From contig CT868141.1 of NCBI GenBank assembly GCA_000165425.1, forward strand, positions 434,001-498,000: DNA of 64,000 nt, written 5' to 3'. This document shows positions 53,074 to 64,000 of the stretch, piece by piece; position 1 is the stretch's first letter; each line of letters opens with the position of its first letter. The DNA is from Paramecium tetraurelia. Taxonomy: Eukaryota. The translations under genes were made by a program, and so were the position numbers. The notes beneath the pieces were generated by a model that was not told the DNA's origin, ran no database searches, and saw nothing but the letters and a program-made list of their open reading frames with translations.

Positions 53074-54903
53074 TCAAAACCCTTATTAGGCGAATCCTTA
53101 CCCTTAATTTTGAGTTGCAAATCCTGTGTTACCGGGTTGCCAGTTAACCTTATTCTGCTGATTTTACTAAAATTACTGATATTGTAGAAGGTTCTTTTTA
53201 TCTAATTCAATAAATAACTTATTTACATGTCGGTGGTTTAGGAGGTATTTTCATTAATTCCATATACTCAACCAACTGATTAGGTAGTTCAGCCAGGACT
53301 TCTCTTGATAACAGAGTTGAATCATGTTTAAATTGATTGAATGGGACAAATTATACTAAATCTCTTAGAGCCTTTTAACCTTTACTATTAACCATACTAT
53401 TGTCGTCATTGTCGAGTATGGTCATCTTCTTGAAATTTGCATTTCCTATACCCACAATGATAATTGACAATGGTAAATGGGATGATTCTATTACATCATC
53501 TATTGATTCTTTTAAATCATCTGTTTGTCCATCAGTTAGAATCATTAAAATCAAGTAGTTCTCGCTTCCTTTAAGTTTACTTTGTAGTGCCATTTCCATA
53601 GCCTTTGCTATGACAGGATGTATGTATGTTGGCCCATCTAATTGCATCTTTTAAATAGCATTTCTATAACATTAGACGATCCCATCTAATCCGTATACTC
53701 TAAATGAATCATTATACAATTTACTCAGGATCTTCTGGATTATCATTCAAAGGAAAGAGATGTAAGGTTTAGTTTGTATTAATTAAATTGAATGCAGGTT
53801 GACACCCGAAACCATAGATTGGTACTTTCTTGTCATGATCATAATTTATTAAAATTTCAACTACACTGGTAATTGCTTATAAATATTAACTAGAATTTTC
53901 ATCTTATGAAATATAATGCAATGATTTTTTATCCTTAGGATCACCATTTGAAGCAGTAAAATCAATACCAAGGATCAAGTTCAATTATTAACCTCCTTCA
54001 CAATAATCTAAGAAGGTATATTTGCATTTTAGATTGAATTTTTCAAAAGTAATTGTGCCAGCTGGAGAATTATTTTTTTATTTATTTCTGAATTCCTTTT
54101 TTTATAATTTATTCTATGTAAATGAATCTCTAAGTTCTTCAATGCAGAATGTAGTTTCTCCCAAATACAGATGCTTACCTGATGTTCTATGATCCCAAAC
54201 TTCTACTTTAATTGGCATTTAATAATCTCCATTACAAATTTTCTATGATTTGCATTATATAGTTTTCCAATTAGGATTTGAAGAGTCCTTTATAAATTCA
54301 GATTCATAAACCAAAATCGGATTACTATCATCCTTTCTCAATCTATAGAATCGTAAGAATGGACAAGCACCGTGCCAAAACCCAATTCTGGTGTCAGGTA
54401 TATTTTAACCAGAAACAGTGATTTCTAAATCATCATCACAGTGTTTCACTTAATCAGCCTTGACAACAATTTTTCCACTTTTTTTTCCTTATAGACTAAA
54501 CAGATCTGCCATTAGTATTTAATCTCTTGCTCCTGCTATGGCTGCAAGAGAAGTCTCTGCGATTCCGATTATCTATAAGCTTTTATATTTCTCATTACTT
54601 TTGATTCATGTTGATTAACATAGTGATGTACTTCCAATTTAAGATATTGGTGAACTTCAAAATAATAATCTATTATAATTGATGTTGCAAAATTTGGATT
54701 TAAATTGTTCCAAATTAATTCTGTTTATCCTATTTTAGTCCCTAACTTATCAAAGGCAGTTCATTACAATTGTGTTAATTAGTTTTTTAAAATAGAACTA
54801 TGTATGGATCGCTTACACTCATTGTGTCCAAATCATCCAACTAACGACAACTAAAAAATAATTCTAATTTCTGAATTGCGTCAGAAAGTTAATTTTAATC
54901 CAT
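53074..54903 (-). CDS. Copine (C2-C2-vWA)
   Basis: LELFFSCRQLDDLDTMSVSDPY, NNLNPNF, LNLILGIDFTASNGDP..SLHY, YDHDKKVPIYGFG, GPT, ILMILTDG, LPLSIIIVGIGNANF and RDLVQFVPF motifs. Confidence 0.93.
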
Positions 54904-55093
54904 TAGTGTTCCCTTTTAATTTAAAGTAATAATTGAAAATTAAATGATAAATTATATAAATGTATTTTATTTATATTATTTCAACATTTGGTAATTTGAA
55001 AGTATTTTTAATATATATATCAAACAATTAATATAACTAAAAAATCTAAAAGAAGTGTGATTACAATATATTTATAAATGTCATAATATACGT

Positions 55094-56817
55094 TCAAGAT
55101 AACCATTTCTAATACATTTACTTCTCCTTATTTTTATATTAAGAATATAGCTATTTAATTTCCTTCTTAAGTTTAATTAAATCTTCATTCTCTTCTGTAA
55201 TAATTTATAAGGCCTCCTCATACTCATACAAATTCATCAAAGCATAGCAATATCTATAAACAACCTTCTAGTTTTTGCTATCTAATTTATAGAGTTTCTC
55301 ACATACTATTTTCATGTCCTTCCAATCCTTGAGTTTCATCTGACACAATGAAGAATTTAATAACGATGATATTTGAAACTACTTAGATATAATTAAGATA
55401 CTTCTCTCATTTTCTCTTTATCATCCTCTGTGAATGTTCCATAATCAAAATAGGCATTAATGGTTTTGAATACTTTCAAAGCTTTTCTATAATTTTACTG
55501 AGAAATCCACTTCAAACCGATTTGTTTTTTCCTGATAGCTTACTCTATCTTCTCATCGATTGACATGCTGAAGTTATTCTTACCCTCGCTGAATGTATGA
55601 ACATAGATCACATAGATGAGCTCCTTTTCAATCATTCCTTTCATTCCTTCATAATCTAAGCCATGTTTTATAAGATCCTTGGTTTCATAACATCTAATGA
55701 TGCTTAATTCCCTCTTTTTCATTCTCAAAAGAGCTAGCCTCATTAACTTTGATACTTTTAGATCATCAATATACAATGATAGACTACCTTTACTGGGTTC
55801 TTCATCCTCGTCATTATGTTTTTATGCTTCGACTCGATCATAGATGGGATCCTCATCTGTGGATGAATATAAGAGATTTTCCTTCTTTGGATAAGGGTCT
55901 GTTGACATCGAATAAATCCACATATCAAAATCAATTAGTGACACTTTATCAGGTTTTGCAGTATTTCTACTTCTATACATAGTTGTCTTTATTAGAATTC
56001 CATCGCCATATAAATCATCAATCTTGAATAAGGTTTTCACATTTATTTCGACTTTCCAATCTACTTTAGCTTCTTTATCATAATTTAATGACTATAGGAA
56101 TTCCTAATTTTCATTCTACAAATAAGAATCATGTTTTATATGACACAATGAAAGTTCCTTATTTTTCATGGTCTTCAAAATTGAATACACTACTTTGGAT
56201 TTTATTAACTTTATGGGTGATGGACCATCCTAAGAATCAGTAAATAGTAAATTCTCTCCCTAAAAGATCTTTATTTCATAAATAATTTCATCAAGTATTT
56301 CGCAACGATCTCCCCCCTTGCCCAATTGAAGAATGTACTTTAAATAGGTTTAATCTTAATAGAGATCGACTATGATTTACCAATCGATCATTTAAATTAG
56401 AGTGTATACTTTGTTTTCCAAGACTTTCAATTAATTTTCATCATGTTTTAAATGTTCTTGAATGTAAATACTAATCTCTTGTTTTTTCATAGACTACAAT
56501 GCCTTATCAATCCATCTATCATTTTATGGAGATAAAATGTGCTACTCCACTATTTTTGCATTTTCTAGAATTAATTTCTCATCTCCATTATTGTATTCCT
56601 CTTCAGTTATTTCAATCATTGCTATTTTAACTTTATCATAATAAGCTGGTTTTTCATAGCTAATGCCTCTTTATCTGACTTCCTTTTTGACGTGAAGCAA
56701 TTCCTTTTTTACAAGCATTTTTTGTTTATGTAATTTTTCCTTAGGAATGTCCTTTTCACTCAAAATATCTGAAGGCGGATGCTCACTTTGGAGATCTGTG
56801 TCATAAAATTATTGCAT
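55094..56817 (-). CDS. Multi-FKBP-domain plus TPR immunophilin (FKBP62/65-like, divergent)
   Basis: Three repeats of the DLxxD...K....G...P/C...D.V..ALxxMKK.E pattern, then a TPR region (KKQIGLKWISQQNYRKALK, LLNSSLCQMKLKDW, KVVYRYCYA) ending KEKQMYQKWLS-TGA. Confidence 0.75.
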
Positions 56818-57320
56818 TTTTTATATAAAATAAAATAACTAATTACATCACAATTAAGATAATACCATGATTTTAATTATTCATTTTATAAATTTATAAA
56901 CTTCAATTAAGTCTTTTTATAAACTTAATGAATCAGGAGAATTATAATAAGAATGTGAATTATTTTCAAAGACAGAATATTTAAAAATTATTGTGTTGTA
57001 TTTAATTTTTAAATGATTTTTTATAGGGATGCAACCTTGATTATATTAAAATTATATTTTTAATTGATATTATAAGATCAGAAGAGGGTTTGCGTTTATA
57101 AGACTTATTCATTCCATAAAATAAGTAACTAGTAGAGAAGATTCTAAATAAATTAAGGAATATTATTTTTAATGCAAAAATTTATTAATTAGAAAACAAT
57201 TATATAAATAATATTTATGATGAAAATGCACATATTTATGCTTCTTTATGAAGAAATACGTCATCCTTACTCTGATAAGTGCTATCTTGTTAATATATAT
57301 CCTTTTAATATAAATTAAAT

Positions 57321-60303
57321 ATGTAAATTTTAAAGAAATTCGCGGATTCGAAGTCAGCCAAAATTGGAATCGTTGTCGCTTTGGGTTTGAGCGGTGTTGC
57401 TCTTACCTATCATTAATACGATAAGGCCAAGAAATCTCGCATAATCGCGACTTAAAACCCACCTGTCGCTGAAAACGAGTTTGGATAAAATCGATTTTTA
57501 ACTTAAACAGGAGCCATTCAAAGATGGGGTCAAATTGTATAAGATAGTATTTCATATAAAGTGGATTTATTGTTGAAAAAAGGTACCTATCTAATAAAGA
57601 TTACGCATAGGTGAATCATATAGTGGTTTAGTAACATTGGAATTTGATGCAAAACACACCTTGACAGATTTGTATGTTGATTTTAGAGGAAAGAGGGTGG
57701 TTAGTTTGTATGTCAATGAAAATAAGATTAACAATTTGGATTGGAATGGATTATTTATCAAGGTACCAAAAGAATTCTTGAGGACATCTTAAAAGAATAG
57801 AGTTAATATCTAATTTGAGTAGGATTATGCTAAAGATGGATGTGGATTACATGGCTATATTGATAAAGATGGAAAATAATATCTGTATAGTTAATGTGAA
57901 TCTTATTTCACAAACAGATTGTATAAGAATATATTAATAAATTAGTTTCCCATGTATGGATCAACCTGATTTGAAAGCCAAATTGAGATTCACTGCAGTA
58001 TGTCCTAAAGAGTGGGTAGTTATTTCAAATGAAAATGCTGATCAAAATTAATAGTTCAATTTTGCCTAGGCTGCTAATGTCGTTAAAGATTATCTGCCTT
58101 AAGAATTGGTGGAGAGTTAGCTCTAAAATCTCGAGAATTCAGATTCATACAACTTTTGGGTGTTTGGTGGAACAAAAACTTTGCCAACATATTTATTTGC
58201 TTTAGTTGCAGGAGAATATTGGTCAGTCAAATTTTAAGGAGAACAAGATGATATACCATAGACTATATATTGCAGAGAAAGCTTAAAAGAACACATGATA
58301 AACTTAAAAGATTTCATATTTGAAGTAACAAAGAAAAGTATGAAATTCTATGAGAATTTCTTTGGAGTCAAATATTAATTCAATAAATATGATTCTGTCT
58401 TTGTTAATGAGTACAATTGGGGTGCAATGGAAAATCCTGGATGCGTGACATTTAATGATTTTTATGTTTTTAAGGAGAAGAAGCCAGCAACTAGTTATAC
58501 TTCATTTGCTAATACAATTATTCACGAAATGGCTCATCATTGGTTTGGAGATTTTGTAACAATGAAATGGTGGAATGATTTATGGTTAAATGAAAGTTAT
58601 GCTGAATTCATTTCCCACTTTTGTTAGGAAAATATTAAAATTGAAACAATCAAATTATCTAACATTCCTGTTATGTTTAATTAGAGAAAGGGATGGGGAT
58701 ACAGAGAAGATTAAATGCTTACTACACATCCAATTGCTGGTGAAGTTATCAATACCGAAGTAGCAGAGAATATTTTCGATGGAATTACATATTCCAAAGG
58801 AGCCTCAGTTATGAAATAATTAATGTGTATTATGGGAGCAGCTAAATTTGGAGAGGCTTGCGGAAATTATTTTAGAAAATTCGGATGGAAGAATGCTGTT
58901 TTATAAGATTTAATTGATCATTTATAAGAGAAATTTGATAATCCAGAATTTACATTGTCCTATTGGAAATAACAATGGATTGAAACTGCTGGTATGAATG
59001 AAATTGAACCTTAATGGGATTAAACAGATAGATCTCATCAAGCTAAATTAACTGTCTTTTAAAGACCTGCTCTAAGTTAATTCCCTACATTGAGAATTCA
59101 TAAAATTAAAATAGGATTTTTCCATGATAATGGCATCGATTCCATTGACACTATACTCAAAGCAACAGAAGAAAATGTTATCACTTATGATGGTAGTAAG
59201 GGATATAGAGCATTATTGTTGAATTACGAAGATTAATCCTTTGTGAAGGTACTTCTTGACTAAGAGTCCACAAAATATTTCAGTTAAAATTTACAAGCAG
59301 TCTAGGATATCCTAACTAGAACTTTGATTTACAGAGCTCTTTTTGATAGTGTAAGAGATGGTAAAATAAGCTCAGAGGAGTATGTTGATTTCCTTTTGGC
59401 CTAACTACCAAGAGAAAATTCAGATGAAATTTTGAATACTTAATTGTTATACTTATAATCTGCTATTGCATCCATGACACCAAGAAAGTAATAGTTATTA
59501 TAATCACCATAGATTCAAGAAGATTCTTGGTAAAAGAGTATTTACATTCCTCCTAGAACAAATAATCAAAGTTAGTAAAGATCCATAATAAGAAAATAAA
59601 TTGATTTTATTAAGAAACAACATGGCAGCATTTGCATATGATAACACATGTGTCGATGAATTGTTGGCTTGGTTCTAAGGATAAAATCAAGAATTATCCT
59701 CAATTGAATGCACCAAAGATACCAAATGGGCAATTGTTAAATTAGTTTATGCCTCTTAGAAATATGATTCAAATCCTGAATTAAGAAAAGAGATCCTCGA
59801 AAAGATGTTGTAAATTGATACTTCTGATGCTGCTTCAAGAGCTCAATTGAAATGCAAAGCTCTTATTGCAAACGAATAAGAAAGAGCTGCTCTTTGGTAA
59901 AAGTACGTTGATCCCAACGATAAAGAATCAGCCAAAATGATTGCAGAATCAATGGCTGGATTCAATAATGAGAGACGTTACCTGAGTTTGGAACCATATT
60001 AAGACAAATTCTTCGAAGTCATTATTCAAATCTTCCAAACTAAAAGTAACGATTTCAGTAAGACTTTCTATGATTACCTGTTCCCAATCACTGATGATTT
60101 GGCCAGTCTTTGCAATGTATTGTTTGTATTTACAATTTTAGAAAGTCGAGAAGTTGAGAACTACTGTTCCTGAAAATTTGATCACTCTAAAAATGCAAGT
60201 GGATAAATCACTTGATTCACTTAAGAGATAAGTGAAGTAGTTTGAATGTTTCTGTAACCAAGCCAAATTAGCTACATAATAAGTATAAGAAAATGAAGTA
60301 TGA
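57321..60303 (+). CDS. M1-family zinc aminopeptidase N
   Basis: GAMENPG, HEMAHHWFGD...WWNDLWLNESYAE, FDGITYSKGASVMKQL and FPCMDQPDLKA motifs; N-terminal hydrophobic segment; four tiny introns; TGA at 60301-60303. Confidence 0.95.
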
Positions 60304-60338
60304 GATATAACAGATATAATAATATAATAATAATTAAC

Positions 60339-61233
60339 ATGAACACATCGTTCGAATAAATAAACAAATCTCCTTTGAATCACTCTGTTTCCAAATAGCT
60401 TTACTCTTTCCCTAAGGCTAATCGATTCAAAGAATTCAAGGATTCAGCGTAATCTATCCTACCCATCAATCTAGATGTCCTAATATTTACTCACTCCCAA
60501 GCATGATGAGCAAACGTGGAGCAGGAATCGGATACGGATAAAAGTCAGATTTGATCTAAGAAAGCATTACACCAGGCCCAAATAACTATTAAATTAAGAC
60601 TACACTCAACGCAAGCAATGGTTGGACCATGCCTGTAGGCAGAGATGTATTCATATCAAATAAGCATCCCTAAGAAAAGCAATAAATACGATGGTATCTT
60701 TCTTGGTTTAATCCAAAAAACCCCGGGACCAGGATAATATGAGTTCCAAGAATCTAAATCTCCCATTAAATATACAATGAGAATGAGAACTGAGAGTCAA
60801 AAGGACAAAGATAGAAAACCTGGACCGTATCGTTATTATTCTCAATTATTAGTGGACAGTACAATTTGCCTGAGGCTTTAAATGAAAATGGAAAATATAA
60901 AATTAGCAAGTTTAGAGAGTATTTTTTAATTTAAACTCATAGTTCTGGTGCAATCATTCTCTCTCCACCTAAGGCCAAAAGCACTCGTTTCTCTCCTGCT
61001 CATGAACTAACTCCCGGGCCAGGATAATATCAACATACAGGAGACATTGATCCAAAAGGACTTTATTATTGTTCCAAATTTGCAGATACAAAATCGACTG
61101 TTTTCACAAGAGCGAAAAGGGAACTAACCAAAATAAGGGTTGAATCTCCAGGCCCTGGGGCATACAAATTACCAACAGAATTCGGGTACTAACATATATT
61201 AGACGTAGTTATTATGAAAAACCGATTAAATGA
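60339..61233 (+). CDS. PGPGxY (SHIPPO/STPG/ODF3-like) repeat protein
   Basis: PGPNNY, TPGPGQY, KPGPGQY, TPGPGQY and SPGPGAY repeats; several tiny introns; ends EFGYYEKPIK-TGA. Confidence 0.85.
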
Positions 61234-61451
61234 AACCTATAAAATTAGTTAAATTTATTTAATATTTTTCTTAAATATTAATATTAATATTCTGTGAATA
61301 ATTGTTTCCTTATTTTTAGATTTGGTTGAATTTAAAAAAAATTCAATTGTAACCTACATCGGAAGTGAACTTATAAAAACATAAAGGTAATTATCAAATG
61401 AGTAACATAACATTATTATATTAGGATTTATAATAAGTAAAAATATGTTAA

Positions 61452-62993
61452 TCAAAATCTCTTGATTGTTAGATGCTGTTCCTTTGAGTATGTATAATTT
61501 TCAAATCGATTTTAAATGGTCTCCTATCTGAGTAATAATATATTTTTCTGTATCAATTCATCTTACGAATCATGATCAGAGGAAATCTCCCGAATATGGC
61601 CTTCATCTGAAGATTTCATTATTTTGAATGGGGATGTCAACTATTTCTCATGCAACCCTTTCCATGGGAACCCTGAGAACCATGGATGATTTTATATTTC
61701 TTCAGTGCCACCATATCCTAAACGAGCTTAAGGTTTTCTTTGTAACAATTGATTAACAAAGTCAGCTGCCTCCGAGGACCAATCAGGAGGAATGTCTTGT
61801 TTCTTGAGCGATATCTACTTGATAATAATTGCATCTCTAATGTCTTTACGAGTTTTGCCTAAGTATGGTCGTTAACCCATCATAAATTCATAAGCCATGA
61901 CTCCTAATGCAAAATGATCAACTCCAAAACTGTGATTTAATCTAAACATAACTTCTGGAGCTGATTACATAAAAATAACATCAATACCCATGTAACCAGG
62001 AGTACCACTGGTTTCTTAAGAATTTTCTGGTTTAACCATACGAGCAATGCCAAAGTCTGTTAATCTTGGATATCCTTTCTTGTCAAGTACAATATTCTCA
62101 GGTTTGATATCTCTATGAATAATTCCACTTTTATGTAGATACTCCAAAGCTAATAGCATACTTGCAATCAAGAACTCTAAGAATATTAAATATAATTGTT
62201 ATACTAGTATGTTATTCTGAAAACCTACGCATTTTTCCAATATGATATCTGAGATCACCCCCTGTTAACAAATCCAGGACAAGATACAAATTATCTCTAT
62301 CTTAAAAGGAGTAATGAATATTGGCTATAAATGGATGTTTGAGTTGCGAGAGAAGAATACGTTCATTCATAACTGAATTGACAGATTTTTTGGCCAAAAC
62401 CCTTTTAGCTAAATTTAGACTTACTTTGCTTTACTCATCTCTTTGATAGCGAATAGTTTACGTGTTTTGATCATCTCAACTCTCCAAACCTTTCCAAATC
62501 CACCTTTTCCCAGGACATAATGAAATTTAAAATTGCCCCTTCCTAATTCATTATTCGTCGTTGCCACTTTCAAAGTATACTGGTCTTCTATAAGTCGTGA
62601 ATTAGGTCTAGAATAGATGGAGTTTCTAAAGCTGCGTCTTTCTGAGGATTTGGGTGCTTAGAAAAGCTTCGGTTATTAATCTAACTAAAAATGATATGAT
62701 TTTCTAGGAAGTTATCTTAATTGAGGACTAGCACTCTTCTTTTAATTGGAGGGATCTTCTTGTCTTTTTCGATTGTGACTGAAGGAGTTGTCATTTTGAA
62801 AACAAAGGTTTGTCTTCCACATGTTTTGTTAGTCCTTAGGAGATGTTGGAGTTGAAATTGGAATGGGATTATTGAATGAAGGCAATTTGGAGTGGCGGGT
62901 GGTTAGTATTGATTGGTTTTATTTCACACGATAGAAACTAGTATCTAAGGCGTAATTTTGTATAATATTTCTTTGGCCTATTGAATTCTTCAT
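61452..62993 (-). CDS. AGC-family Ser/Thr kinase with long low-complexity N-terminus
   Basis: [51 protein letters not shown] and HPWF motifs; ATG62993; TGA at 61452-61454. Confidence 0.92.
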
Positions 62994-63010
62994 TTTTAAT
63001 AATTTAATAT

Positions 63011-64000
63011 ATGAACAAGAAAGATAAGAAAATCTAGGAGAAGAAAGAAAAGGAAGCCAAGAGACAGTAACTGTTGGCTGCATTGGCTAAATCCTAATTG
63101 ACACAAGAATAGATGAATCAACTCAACAGTATAAAGGATGCCACAAGTAGCAAAAGAGACCGTAAGCATTCTGTGGGAAATCACATGGAGGAAGAAGTCA
63201 TTAATGAAAATAAGGAAGAAGCTCAATAGGATAGCAATAGCAAATAACAAGTGAATATATTTCAGACCACTGTATATGAGAATGAGAATCCAATCCAGAT
63301 TCAACAACATGAGTCTCATTAAAAAATGTCTGAGGCAGAACGCTTAGAAATCATGGCCAAATAACTGTTCCCAGACATTAGTTTAGAGTCATTTGATTAA
63401 AAAAGAATCCCAAAAGGATAGGTTTAAGCATAACCAAGAGAATTGATATCAGAATATGATCCAGAGAAGGATGATATTTACGACATTGATCCATAATCAA
63501 TTACAAATTACGATACCTTGCTTACAGATATAAATTCATTCAAAAATTAATCAATAAATAGAGATGAAAATATTATCAAACAACGAGCCTAATTACCAAT
63601 TTTAATATAAGAGAATGACATCATTGATGCCATTAAAGGCAATCTAATTACATTAATATCGGGAGAAACGGGGTGTGGTAAGAGTACTTAAATTCCTTAA
63701 TTTCTATATGAGGCAGGATTCACAGAATTTGGTGCAATTGCAATCACACAACCAAGAAGATTGGCAGCAATTTCATTGGCATAAAGAGTGAGAGATGAAA
63801 CTGGATTTACTATGGGCAAAGAGATATCTTATTAAGTTAAACATGAATCTAGTGGAATTGATGTTGATCGAATGAAAATGAAAGTAGATTTTATATTTAA
63901 TGTAGTTTATGACTGATGGTATTTTAATAAACGAAATGCAAACAAGTGTGATGGTACCATAGTATTCTGTAATAATTATTGATGAGGCTCATGAAAGAAA
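63011..64000 (+). CDS. DHX37: DEAH-box RNA helicase DHX37/Dhr1-like (5' part, runs off window)
   Basis: INRDENIIKQRAQLPIL, GETGCGKSTQIPQFLYEAG, TQPRRLAAISLAQRV, FMTDGIL and IIIDEAHER, preceded by a basic/acidic N-terminus. Confidence 0.85.

Noticed and set aside
62996..63319. Hydrophobic minus-strand ORF (likewise the 20128-20352 and 51322-51600 plus-strand ORFs)
   Set aside because: They are antisense to K/E-rich coding regions, which produces spurious L/F/I-rich peptides.

Overview
This is AT-rich, gene-dense ciliate DNA, most likely a Paramecium macronuclear chromosome. TAA/TAG read through as Gln, TGA is the only stop, GT-AG introns are about 20-31 nt and intergenic gaps are often under 60 bp. 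The supplied standard-code ORF track is therefore fragmented, and many of its ORFs are antisense shadows. About half the window is a pair of convergent (inverted) paralogous giant surface-receptor genes: A at 409-12978 (+, ~4170 aa) and B at 25101-43580 (-, ~6140 aa if two 1-nt frameshifts are corrected). Both have a signal peptide, furin-like CxxC repeats, a unique central domain, more CxxC repeats, a REJ-like module, an NST/RRLLQ linker, a degenerate GPS motif and ~5-6 TM helices, i.e. a polycystin-1-like layout without the channel domain. The copies are a patchwork of near-identical and diverged tracts, which suggests gene conversion. Copy B carries ~60 units of a 102-bp repeat with 6-8-mer higher-order structure, against 2 units in A. 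The remaining genes are UFD1-like, RBR E3 ligase, ASF1, PIG-L, RIIa-guanylate kinase, RPC11, a decayed SmD2, two AGC kinases, IQ-MORN, a NIF/SCP phosphatase, a Rab, a copine, FKBP-TPR, an M1 aminopeptidase, a PGPGxY-repeat protein, DHX37 and several hypotheticals. All gene models were read by eye. Identities are qualitative and no database search was run.
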